A DNA stretch of 64,000 nucleotides from Lytechinus pictus (taxonomy: Eukaryota): NCBI RefSeq assembly GCF_037042905.1, contig NC_087250.1:5644001-5708000 (forward strand). Reading direction: 5' to 3'. Below the pieces are notes generated by a model. That model made no database searches, had not been told where the DNA came from, and saw nothing but the letters and a program-made list of their open reading frames with translations. Below, one piece after another: positions 12,393-25,165 of this stretch. Position numbers and translations under genes: made by a program. Each line of letters starts with the position of its first letter. The stretch's first letter is position 1.

Positions 12393-14481
12393 CACAACAA
12401 AAAAAGTAAGTCCCCCCTTAAACAAACATCAATAATTTCCGAACCAATGCGAGTTTTTAATATATTTTTACATGGGCGTGTAGGTAATTTTATAAGCTAC
12501 CCTCTGAGTAAACGTTATGGACGTATTTCACTTCATGCTTCAGTGAGCACCGTCAGAAGGCAAAAATGTCACTTTTCAAAAGTCACAAGCCAAATATCAT
12601 GACTTTGATTCCATTTTATTGGAACTAATTCCACATTCTCATCATAAAAAGTAGTCAGAAGGCTTGTAAAAGGTACTCTCTAAAAGACGATACAACTTTT
12701 TTGGCTAAATTTCACGGTTGAATAAACACAAGTCCAAATTTGCTATAATTTGATTTTTTACACATTTATATCAATAAAAATGATAGAATATGATGACAGT
12801 TAGTTTTGGAAGAGTTTCTTCAACAATATTCATCGTTTCACGGTTCAATGAACATTTATTGAAAAAAAAATACGATGATTTTCAAATATCATAGGCGAGT
12901 ATTGGTTCATTTTGGGAACTGAAAATGATCTTTTGTCAACTTTTTCGTTATGTTCATGACCAATTAACCTGCTTCAATGATTCAAAGGCGTTTAATTAAA
13001 TATCCACGCTTGAATGAACATGTGGAATGCGTTTAGCTCTTTTTTACGTTATTGGAAAAAATGCAATTTGTTACAATGGATATCTGTCACAAACCTCCTT
13101 GCATAGTTCATTTGATTTGATTTTTATGAAAATCCCGATGTTTAATGCATCAGTGAGAACACAATATTCGAAAATTATGCAAATGAGAAGAAAGTTCAAG
13201 GCCTTGGCCCCACTCTGTGTCGTATCGAATGGTTATTTTGGTGTGCGCGCCTTTTGGATAGTGTTACTCTGAAGCCATGTACGAAGTTTCATGAAATAAC
13301 TATTGGCAGAAGTAACAAAAACCGTCCATGAAACAAACACTCATTTCATATTTGTTAAAATTTTGACTTCGTCTCTCATAGACTTGTGTACATTATGGGT
13401 GCACATGTTTAAGAATAAGTAACCCCTTATTCAATATGGTGGAACTTTTTTTCACGGCTGTCTTTAGCAATGTCATTTGGCAGTAATGTTTATCAAACTA
13501 TGGGCAGAATTCTGTGCAAAAATGAAATCGATTTGTTTATTTATGGATGAGTGAGCACGCATCAAAGTGGGAAAATTTGTATTTTCAATGTCACAGACTC
13601 ATTTTAAAGGGTAATAAAGTGAATATTGGGGGCAAATTCGGTTTCAAATAAGACTTTAATTGCTATCGTTTTTATCATCCATCATTTCTATCACCACACA
13701 CTTTCCGAACTTTAAACATTTTCATGGTTGAGCGAGCACATTCGAAAACTTAGGAATGAATACTCTTTATACTGCATAAATGTATTATTTTCCTAACAAT
13801 TTTTCATGATCAGTTTAATTTATGGACAAATCAGTGGTGGGTCCAAAATTTTTAAATGGGGGAGGGGCCTATAATCGGGGGAGCCACCAACATTTTCAAA
13901 TTTTAACATGATCTAACAAGTTGTAGAGGATACTACCATAAACCCCTATGATGATACGTCACAATACAGGGGCCGGGGAAGGGTTTTAAAAGTGGGGGGG
14001 GGGGGGCTGACCATGCAAAAAATCACAATCGTATGGTCATTTTTACATTTTTGTACATGCTTTTGGAAAAAAAGTGGGGGGAGGGGGCTGAAGCTCCCCG
14101 CCCAGCCCCCCCCCCCCCGCTTCCGCGGCCCGTGCAATACATTATGCTCACTCAACCATGAACATATTATATCAAAATTGTGTGTGGAGTGGCTAAATGA
14201 TGGATAGTAAAACAGCATAACACCATAAAATTCACCTAAAGACAACATTTGCCCAACTTTGTATTTGCACAATCTGAAAAACGACTCTTGTGACTTTCAA
14301 AAATGGTCATTTTTAATTCAATCTTTAATTACTCATGCATAACTCAACCGATCAATCTTATTTTTCCCCAGGAGTTGCTTAATGGGTGTAGAAAACCACC
14401 TACGGAATATCATATCTCAAAATATTTCCGTTCAAAAGTTACAGCAATTTGATTCAGGGGGGACTTACTTTTTTTGTTGTG
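12393..14481. mobile_element. 2.1-kb non-autonomous TA-TSD DNA transposon with a nested short element (about 13967-14134)
   Basis: TIR cacaacaaaaaaagtaagtccccc at both ends, inside (TA)n. Confidence 0.85.
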
Positions 14482-14500
14482 TATATATATATATATATAT

Positions 14501-14777
14501 GGAGCGTTGTGGCCCAGTGGATTAGTCTCCGGACTTTGAAACAGAGGGTCGTGGGTTCGAATCCCAGTCATGGCGTAATTTCCTTCGGCAAGACATTTAT
14601 CCACATTGGTCTCCACTCGACCCAGGTGAGGTGAATGGGTACCCGGTAGGATTTGTTCCTTGAACGCTTTAGCGCCTATTAATACAGCCGGGGTAATATT
14701 GTGATACCAAGTTTCAAAGTGCAGTTGAGTATATGCACATATTAACTGCGCTATATAAATGGACATATTATTAATAT

Positions 14778-14780
<3 letters not shown>
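14501..14780 (+). mobile_element. tRNA(Gln-like)-derived SINE
   Basis: A and B boxes, ctttgaa anticodon-like loop, inserted in (TA)n. Confidence 0.85.
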
Positions 14781-14866
<86 letters not shown>

Positions 14867-17162
14867 CAGGCATACATTACCCAACACAGTGGACAGTATG
14901 TTGCCAAACATTAAAGTGTGTAAGTCTTTTTCGCCATTGATGAATCGTTGATAAAAAAAACTTGAACTTTCTATGTTGCCGTTTTTTGTTCTGAATCATA
15001 TACTGTGGCCATAATTTCGGTATGAAAAAACAAGATTTATCCCTAACATGTTAATGAAAGGTACCCGATGAAAGTCCATCAAATCATGTACAATAAAGTA
15101 AAGAAAACCCTTTCTCTTTGCATATGCCATAAAGCTGTAATGTGTATGCCAAAATCATTGCGAGAATCAGGATAATATACAGTTTGTAGAAATAATAATT
15201 AGATCCTACTAAAGCTTACGTTAAGCATGTTAAGTGAGGGTATGAAATAGGCAGTTTATCGTGTCTTTAAAGATGATGCTCTCCCCGACGAAGAGTTCGT
15301 TGCAAAAAGACCTGTGAATAAAAGAATAAATATTCGTTTGGCATGAATGGTGAAGGTTCGAGGAAAATCCATCGAGACAAAAAAATAGAATGTTCGTCAT
15401 GAGGACGAATTAGGTGATCTGTCTGTGATTCCCATGATCACGAATACAATCGCCATGTTAATTCAGATCAAAATGATCATCATGAGGAAAACTGAACTTT
15501 TATAATGAAAAGAGCACGTTGGATACTCTTGAAAAGGGGGAAATGAGAAAGTCGTGTGAAAAGTGCATAATACTAAATTAATAATATAGGATTTGTATAG
15601 CGCACGTATCCACCTTGCTAGGTGCTCAAGCCGCTCAGATATTTACCCCGGCTAAGCTATATAGTCTACCGATTCTGGTGCGCACAGCTTTTTGAGGAAT
15701 TACTTCCTGCCGGTATACCCATTCTAGATCTACATGTTACATGAAAGAAAAAGGGATTTTAATCTCTTATATCGTGCAATATTTTAACTTAGAGAATAGT
15801 AATGAAGGACCATGTGCGAAATTGTAAAAAGAAAATACAAATTCTCATGTTCACCCTTGGTCTCGAACCCGTGCACCCATTACCGCTTGAGACGCAAGTC
15901 TGATGCCTTACCAATTGAGCTACAGTATTTTCCATAGACTTTACACGTAAGCAAAATACGAGATTCTCAAACTCAATATTCTGCAAGTGAAATACGGGCA
16001 TGAGTCCGACATCTGATCGAAAAATTGAGGCGACAGCTTGATAGGATAGCTTAGAGTCCCAGTAAGGACATACCCAAAGCTCAGCGAAAGCCGACAAGAA
16101 ATAGTGGAGATATGGCTCACGAAAAGAGGAATGTAGAATCCAATTTTGAGAAAAAGTCATTTCCCTTTAAGATTGCATGCAAAATGAGTGAAAATTGCAT
16201 GCATCTATAAATTGGCAATTTTTAGGATGATCCGTTTATTTCAATGGTTGATTCTTAATAATTGATAATGGAGATATGATTGATAAGGTGATTTTACAAA
16301 ATGGCGTCTAAACGACGTCACGATGACTTTTTGACCTTGAACTTCTTTCATACACATAACATGATAAGTCCCCATAATTGATATTTTGAAGAAAATTGAT
16401 GATTGGAGATTTTGTGCTAACAAGAAAAGGGCGGAAAAATAAAAATAAATATAATGATAATAAAAAAGAAAATTTCGGACGAAATTAATAGTGTCAATAA
16501 TATTGACAGATCAACCTAAACAGTTAAATATAGAATTTTCAGTATTTCAATTGTGACTTCACATACGAGCTGCTACCCTAATACACACACGCACACATGC
16601 ACATACACAAGAAAAATAGATAATAATTTATATTCAGAAAGATTACCACACTGTCACTGCAGAAACCTGGGTTTGTTTATGTTCCATATTAAAATCCTTT
16701 AAAAAATACGAAATACACCACGATGAAGTTTGGCATTTCACAAATAGCACAGAAGCATAATTTCAATTCGTACCTATTATCACACGTACAGTATAACGTT
16801 ACTTTGTTATATTAGTTCTTGTTGGTTGTTTTGTTTTCAAATATTCCATTGCACTACAGCTGTAGGTATAAAGCTATCAGTGAGTGAATAGGAGGGCGAC
16901 AATAATACCGGCAGTAAATAAGAATGAAACTATTATGGGATACCTTGGGAATCCCAAAGTTAGTCTTTAATCAAAGCGTATGCAATATTTGGATTAAACG
17001 TAATGGCGAAAAAAGTGGCAGCTTCTGAAAGCGCATATTTACAGCTTTAGGCCTATTTAACAACTTGGTCATCATGATATTTTTCCTCGCTTGTTGTCCT
17101 CTCTTGCATTAATTGAAATACAGGATGATATATTGAATAAAAAAGATTTATTAAGACAGGTG

Positions 17163-17402
17163 CACTGTGAAAACTGTGGTGTTAAAACCGACACCAGTTG
17201 GTGTTAATAGAGGACCACACCCTGAGGTGTTGAAACCACACCCTAGAGATTGAACATAACACCAAAGAGCGTAAATGTTACAACCGAAGGTGTTGTAATA
17301 ACACATATAGGTGTTAAACTAACACTGTCCATTTAACAACGGTGTAAAACAACTGCTGTGGTCTTCTATGTACACCGGTTAACACCACAGTTTTTGCTGT
17401 GT
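17163..17402. mobile_element. CACTG-ended MITE (CMC/EnSpm-like); relative at 24448-24638
   Basis: cactgtgaaaactgtggtgttaa … ttaacaccacagtttttgctgtg. Confidence 0.65.
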
Positions 17403-17489
17403 GAAAAAAAATCATACCACCATCTCTTTAAATTCATTTGTTATCGTCTGTAGGTTTTTTCATTACGAAATTACTTTTGTATCACTTAA

Positions 17490-18080
17490 AAGGATGGTTT
17501 AGGCTTGTATTATTTATATCTCAATAAATAGATTAGAATTCACAAAGCAAAATGCAGAAAATTTGATCAAAATCGGATGACAAATAACAAAGTTATTGAA
17601 TTTTAAAGATTTGCATTAATCCAGTCAATCCGGTGAAACAGTTCAGTCTAGGCATGTCTTTATGAATATTCATGTGGGCTGATGATGTGATATTCCCACT
17701 TGTTCTTTTGTATTTTATTATATGAAATTAGGTTTATTCAAAATGTTCTACCAAGAACTAAAACAATGGGATTGACAACTGATTAAGTGCATTAGTTATT
17801 TACTGAGGCAACTTATTTCATCATAATGGAGACACATCAATTACACATGTATGAAAAAATGAAACATTTATGATTCCATATAATAACATAAGAAAAAGGA
17901 AAGTGGGGATGTGACATCATCAACCCACCTAATGAATATGTTCATATAACTGTTTTCACAAAATATTGATAAACTTAAAAATTCAATAACTTCATTATTT
18001 GTAATCCGATTTTTAAGAAATTTTCAGCATTTTGCTCTGTAAATTTTGCTATATTTATTTAGATATAAATATTTTCAGCT
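17490..18080. mobile_element. Kolobok-like TTAA MITE; relatives at 35478-36590, 37190-37552 and 52850-53187
   Basis: Shared aaatttcatcaaaatcggat / gatgatgtcac motifs and TTAA ends. Confidence 0.7.
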
Positions 18081-18449
18081 TTTCCTCGGGACCCGAGTTT
18101 CATGTGATTTTAAACTAGGCAATGATGAATTAGGTTTTAAACATTCGACTTCCCCCCCCCCTATCGTGCTTTGGTCTATGTTGATCTTTCCGGGGCAGAT
18201 TTCTTTTTTTCTCTCTAAATGTTGGTTTTCTATAGTTCATATAAAAATTGTGAATGCTCTCGAACTGAGTCATGTCTTGGCAGTGTGTGAAAGGAAATAA
18301 AATTTGAATATCAATGGCCTTATAATAATAATGATAATAATTAAAAAAATAATAATAAATATCATGATTATTACTATCAATAGTATTATTTTTATCATTA
18401 TCAATATCATTATGATCGAATTGCCTTTTTTGCATATCTTCTATACAAA

Positions 18450-18813
18450 TAGTTGGTGTTTACATTCAATCAAACAGATCAAAAAGATGGGATTAACAAC
18501 TTTCAGATATTGTAAGAAGGTGCAACAAAAATTATATGTGTTCAGACTTGTCAAACAATACAAATTTTCTATGTTAGTCCAAATTTATATTCTATATACT
18601 CGTGTAATTATGGAGTATCGTGTACCAGTATTTAACGGAGCACTAACTGATCAAGTAAAATGATTTGGAAAAAATACCCAAAAGAGTTTGTAAAATAATT
18701 CTTGGTTCAGATTATATAGACTATGCAAATGCACTAACAAAATGTGGATTAGGTGTCTAGAAAGAAGACCCCCCCCAAAAAAAAAAAAATAAATAAATAA
18801 ATAAATAAATAAA

Positions 18814-18847
<34 letters not shown>

Positions 18848-19340
18848 GCGTTTCATTGCTAAATCTCTTTTAAAAAACTTCACTGTAAGAACTGGATACC
18901 AAAAATTCATTAAGTGTTCCAAATTTTTCACAGATAAAGTGCAAACCAGAAAGATTCATCTTTCGGAGATTTAATAAATTCTGAATAAATATTACTTTCA
19001 TAGCCTTGAAATCAAATCAATTTTTGTCACTGTTTAAGTCTCCATTTCAATCCAATTACTATTTCAATTTTTAGTTGTATAATATTCATTACATTTTGAA
19101 ATTGTATTCATTCACATATTTGTTTTCATTCTGTTTTATTATATTTAATAAATTCTTATTTACACTTGCATTTTATAAACTATTTAGTTTTTATGTACAT
19201 CACAATTTTCACATGTACCTGTTTTTTGTTGCTTTTACCCATGTATGACTTGTGAACATTAAAACTGTGAACATAATTGTAAACATGCTCATTTCAGCTA
19301 TTTGGCTGTGTAATATGTATTGCTTTTATACGAAATAAGC
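18450..19340 (+). mobile_element. Decayed LINE (CR1/L2 group) 3' fragment
   Basis: Frameshifted translation IYILYTRVIMEYRVPVF…DLEKIPKRVCKIILGSDYIDYANALTKCGL resembles the post-RT region of these LINEs. Confidence 0.7.
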
Positions 19341-19389
19341 CATGGTTGAATTTAATTGACATAAATACTAGCATAGTGTTGCTGCTATA

Positions 19390-19595
19390 CTCCTACTACT
19401 ACCACCACCACCACCACCACCACCACTACTACTACCACTACTACTACTACTACTAATGCTGCTGTTGCTACTACTGTTGCTACTCACGACTAATACTACT
19501 ACTACTCCTACTATTAATACTACTACTAATACTAGTAATACTAATACTACTACTTCTTCTTCTACTACTACTTCTACTACTACTATCACTACTGA
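19390..19595. repeat. (CTA/CCA)n trinucleotide microsatellite
   Basis: Directly visible. Confidence 0.95.
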
Positions 19596-19716
19596 ATTGA
19601 ATTGATTATTTAAAATTAAACATTGTAGTTTCAGATTTAACGCACATAACTGTTTAAACCATTTAAACAACTGTTGTAGGATAATAGTATAACGTTGCAT
19701 CCATTTTTTACTGTAC

Positions 19717-19990
19717 GTGTAATGAGGTTTTCCAGGGGTTCAGAGGACGCCACTTGTAAAAACTATTATGGGATATTTGCGGAATCATAATCATTTTTTA
19801 AACATATTGTTGACTATGTAATGAGGTTCTCCAGGGGTTCAGAGGACGCTACTTGTAAAAACTATTACGGGATATTTGCGGAGTCATAATCATTTTTAAA
19901 CATATTTTTTACTGTGTAATGAGGGTCTCCAGGAGTTCAGAGGACGCCACTGGTAGAAACTATTATGGGATATTTGCGGAATCATAAAAT
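19717..19990. repeat. About 98-bp tandem repeat, roughly 3 copies
   Basis: gtaatgagg…ccagg(g/a)gttcagaggacgc…actatta(t/c)gggatatttgcgga repeated. Confidence 0.9.
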
Positions 19991-21106
19991 TAGTCTCCGA
20001 TCAGTGACATTCGTTGCATAATCTTTGATTTTTTTTTTCCAATTCAAACCAAGGCATGTATGCAACATTCAAATCTTGCGGTTGGATGCACTGCACTCAA
20101 AAAGATGTATGTACTTGACCATGGATTGAAAACAAAAACATGAAGACGATAACATCATTGGCGGCGGAAGCCAAAAAATTTAAGGGGGGGTCCACCTGAA
20201 ATTTTGTGATGGACACATGTAAAAAAAAATTGACAAGCAAAAAAAAAAAAAAAAAAAAAAGTCATCAACTAATTTTTTTTTTAGGGAGGGACCGTCCCCC
20301 TACCTCAAATTGGGGGGGGGGGCTGTCCCCCCGCCCCCCCCCCCCGCTTCCGCCGCCTATGGGTAGGATATACGGGCCTAGTTACATCTGGCAGGCACAA
20401 AAAGATATTCATTCGAGCCTACCCATTCTCAATTTGTTAATTTGATATTGCTGATTGACAAAAATGAATGGACATGATTGACAATCTAACACTTACGAAG
20501 TGTAACCATGTATGCATTATTCAAATTTTGCGGTTGGATGCTCATGCACTGCACTTTAAAAGCTGTACTATGTACTTGACGTTGGATTAACATTAATACG
20601 ATAACAATAAATCGGAATAATGGGAAGTATGAATCTATATTGGGATATTTGGGAATCCCAAAGTTAGCCTTCGATCAACGACAATTCAATTTGAAGTTAT
20701 TGGGCGATATCAATCGTACACAGGTTTAGAATCAACACAAATTCTAGTCAACACTTTTATGGAAATGCAACCGAATCTTTCAATATTCATTAGAAATCAA
20801 TTACAATATATAATATCCTCATACATTTTTGTCCTAATTAGAGTCTGAGATACAAATAAAATTAATGTGGGAACTAGATGTCTCATTCCTGTGTCTGTGC
20901 TTGACCTGTGTTGGGTCAAACCCGAAAATAGAGTTAACAATCTTCAATATGTAGCTCCCACATTAATAAAATAAAATGGTAAAATTATTTTGGAACTATT
21001 TTTGACAACGTACGTGCTTAGAGTCATTTTCTCCTGGTGGGTGCAAAATCCACACAATAAACATATAAAATTTGTATGTGATTATCAGGACACCACTCGA
21101 GTCATA

Positions 21107-21390
21107 GGCCTGTATTCTGAAGTCAGGTTTAATTAGACCCTAACCAATTGGGGACAAATCCATAACAGTGCACATTCAACTTATTAACTCACATGACACC
21201 CAAATTGTTCATAATTGTCTGGGAATTATAATTGACGTATTTTTCTTCCGTATATGAAAGCAAAAGGAAACAAAATAGTAAACCTAGGATATATACAATA
21301 TAAACAGATTTTTTTTAATGTTGGCTCCCATAATTTTAGCACAGAATTAGACGTCGGTCTATAAGTTAAACCTGACTTCAGAATACGGGC
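21107..21390. mobile_element. PIF/Harbinger-type MITE; copies at 23917-24228 and 39325-39634
   Basis: TIR ggcccgtattctgaagtcaggtttaa. Confidence 0.75.
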
Positions 21391-23641
21391 AATACGGTGG
21401 TGATCTCAAAGCGTTGGTTGAATCATGGGGTCAACTTAGGGTCTTATGGGCCCAATTTCAATTTAAAGGCAAAAAATTTTAATTCCCAAAATTTATAATT
21501 AATATAGCTGACCGAAAAATGTAAAGAAACAATGAAATTTCGATAGCAACGTCTCAATCTGCAGAGTGACAGTGTTGTAATGCTCATACATATGAAGCAA
21601 TTGATCAAACATTATTTTAAATATCATAATGTTCATACTTTACCCCCGAATTTAATTACGGTTTTCTCTCATTTATATTGAACTGAAAGTGTTGGCGAGG
21701 TGAACAAGTGCTTTTAAATACCATGAATACCGTAATTTCTATTTAAAAAATTGAAAATTGGGATATATAGATATTGAAAATAAAAAATTGAAAACTCGTA
21801 TACTAAAATTCACAAGATCCGCATTTCGCAACGATTCCATAAAAAATATGGGTTATATAATGTATTTTGTTAGTAATCTCTTTTCGACTCGACTTTTTAC
21901 TTTGAAAATAATGTGAGCCAATAGTTGCCACAGTAGGCTATGCATAATTTTTCACAACTAGTTTTTGATGAAAAAACATTTTTTTATCTATTTGAGTGCC
22001 TTCCTATTTTTTTTCAAAGTTTTGAATTAATTTTCAATCTATAAAGTATTCAATTTTTTGTTGCAATGTGCTAAGCAAAAATATTGAAATACTTTATAGA
22101 TTGAGGAATTATGTAACAAAGAAAATCTTAGTTATGTTATACAACTCATTTATTTTATCACATATAACATAAATTATGGTCTGGAAGTTTGAGGTGGGAC
22201 GTGCAAAAACAGCCCTGAACCCTATATTATTACTTCAAAAAATAATAGCTAGAAATAATGACGTTCAATCATCATACAATATCACTCTGCTCCTTTACTT
22301 TATGATCTAAATATTCTCGATATTTTCAAACAATATCAATATATGGTAGGATAATTTATGCACAATTTAATAAAAGGGTTGTCGCATAGTTTTAGTGATT
22401 ATTAATTTTTCATTCATAGACCATGTAGAAATGTGAATCTTAACAAATGAAACCAATTTGGGAAAACAATCAATTTCATTTTCTGGTCCTTATACCATGT
22501 ATACTTTATGGAATCATCTGCCAAGTAATATTAGAAACAATCCCAGTCGCAAGATAGCAGATAGTTAAAACTAATGCTACTGAAGATTATAATTAATTTG
22601 GCATGGTAAATACTGCCTGAAAACAAATAATTCTGTATAAAGATTTTGTGCATAATTGAGATGTTTTTTTCTTGTACATAGTGTAAATATGTTCACTAAA
22701 AACGATCGCAATTGTCTGCAACAGTAATAAGTAGAATTAATAATTAATTTGGTATGCACTACCTGAAAACAAATAATTTTGTGTAAAGATTTTTGTGAAG
22801 AATTCGGATATTTCTTCATGTAAATAGTGTAAATATGTTCACTCAAAATGATCACAATTGTACTGAATAGTACTGAAATTGATGTATTATATTGTGATTT
22901 AGTTAAATAATCAAGTGTTCAAACTATATGATAATGACATTATTTGGGGCTAACCTCGATTAGCATCTTGCTATTATGTTAGCCCAATTAGCAAATGTTT
23001 TATTCATATATCATGTGATGTACTTTTACATGTAATTGTACCTGACAGTGATATTTGCTAATAAATTCAATTCAATGTGCCTGTACGCACGCCGATAATA
23101 ATTATCCATCGTCATGTGAGCAATGTGGCGCCAAAATATCAGCGCCTTGTATACAGGTCATAGGCGTAGACTATAAACACAGCATTATGCGATTTCTCAC
23201 CCAAAAAAAAATTGCGTCACTATTCGAAATGGATACACAAAAGAAAAAAAAAAGGATTAAAATGATATTTTCTAACTTACTCTTTTGCAGTGCAACTTGA
23301 ACCAGAGTGTGCACTGTGCAGTTGAAAAAATAGATTTATAATAGTGTGTAATCCACAGGTTGAGAGTGATATAAGCTGGTTTTCGTTGGTAAACGATATC
23401 ATGCAGCGCGGCGGAAGTTGGGCTAATGGGCTTGGTGGTGTGGGGATTCCCCAACGAAATCCGAAATACGAACAAAAAATTGTAAGGGTCTCACAAGACG
23501 ATCTACCATTTGCAGGAGGGTATGGGTTTAAAACCCTCACCTTGGGCTCCCTAAATCAGTAATATTTAAAAAGGAAGTGTGAATTCAAACTCTAACATCC
23601 CTTCCCTGTTTACGAGAGTGGAGTTGCGCAGGCAAAACATT

Positions 23642-23877
23642 GGTGATTTCAAGTTCAGTGTTGACCTTTTGGCGTTGGTGTTAGGTAAATTTTTACACGA
23701 TTACAACACCAAACATAAAATGAAGATGGTCCCGAAAAGTCACTCACCAGTTGTTGAGGTGTCGATAATGTGATGTGGATCAGTTAATTGCAAATTGTGA
23801 ATAAGTTTTGGAGCTAGGGGAAGCAATCAAAATTTCAACACCGCCAACACCTAGGCAACACAGGACTTGAAATCACC
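23642..23877. mobile_element. MITE; inverted copy at 54797-55031
   Basis: ggtgatttcaag…cttgaaatcacc TIRs and full-length homology. Confidence 0.75.
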
Positions 23878-24997
23878 CAGTCGGATCTACGGGGGGGGGG
23901 GGTATAGGACGCATTTGCCCGTATTCTTAAGTCAGGTTTAACTCAAACCATGGTCTATAACTCTGTGCAAATATTATGGAAAGCCAAATACGTCACATTT
24001 TTCCTTACATTGTATGTTTCTTACATTTACTATACACTTTCCTGGCTCGTGAATGGTGAAGAAAGCTATCTTATCTACCCTTCCGCAACAGTTAAAATGA
24101 TTTGAGAGAAAAATTACCTGACACATTGAAATTATAATGTTAGAGATTTATGTCACTATTGGCTCTCTATAGTTAAACCACAACTTTAAACCAGGGTTTA
24201 ATTTAAACCCGACTTCAGAATATGGGCCACTACGTCTCGGCTAATCGTTATTGGGTCAAACCAAATTGTCAAACCCCCCACTTAGCAGAAAGCTAGATCT
24301 GCCACTGCATGTTAATGTATTGTGAAATCAAGTGACAGTTTGAAATGTCATGATACCTTCCTTCAAATTTATATAGGAAAAGCATTGTTTATAATTTGTA
24401 TACAACTGCACTGTTTATTATAATTTTATGAACCTTTAAGTACTGTTCACTGTAAAAACGCTGTTTAAAATTAAGCGCGTCGTTTAAGCCCGTCACTCTA
24501 ACAACTACTGTTTAAACTTTTTAAACAACTGTTTGAACTTTTTAAACAAGTTGTTTAAAAAGATTAAACAATTTTAAACAAGTTTAAACAACTTGCTGTT
24601 AGAGTGACAGGCTGAAACAACGTGATATTTTTACTGTGTTGTTAAAACAGTTTCAACATGTTTAAAATCTTCAACAATAAAGTTTGATTCTTACTATTTA
24701 ATTCTCACTACATTAATTATGCATGTTTGTTTTCACCTGTTAAACTACAGGTTCATGATTAAACAGCGTTATATAAGCCTTTTCTACTGTGTAGCTCTCG
24801 ATGTTAATGAAATTCGCAGGGATATTCTTTTTTCACCCTCTTACATTAATCCAAATAAAACTCATTTCTATTTTATACGACGTATCTATGTTAAACATAT
24901 ATTAATCGATACGCGGCTGGTGTGTTTATCATTAGACTATTCTAGACATGCTTGATGTGTTTTCCGTTTTGCCCTGCTTTTATTGTAATTTTTAACT

Positions 24998-25165
24998 GTG
25001 TGTATTTGAGTTTTGTCAGACGTGTTTCAATCAGATATGATTATTTACGTCTGGGACCGACCTTTAACGTCACCATCCGAAAGACGTGACCGGGGCTCGA
25101 ACCTCTGCATCAATTTGTAACTTCCCCACAGCTTGGATTACAGGCGCACGCCACAACGCCCAGTT
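24998..25165 (-). mobile_element. SINE with a 7SL (Alu-domain)-like head, B-box and Nin/Deu-like core
   Basis: Minus strand reads AACTGGGCGTTGTGGCGTGCGCCTGTAATCCAAGCTGTGGGGAAGTT…GGTTCGAGCC…GTCTTTCGGATGGTGACGTTAAAGGTCGGTCCC; flanking repeat tttttaact at 24989-24997 and 25170-25178. Confidence 0.7.

Noticed and set aside
14501..14572. tRNA-Gln-like gene
   Set aside because: Acceptor stem does not pair and the sequence runs into a SINE body; second copy at 3923
25119..25165. Human Alu contamination or a true 7SL gene
   Set aside because: Only the 5' domain is present, with non-human compensatory changes; no S domain; embedded in native flanks with a TSD
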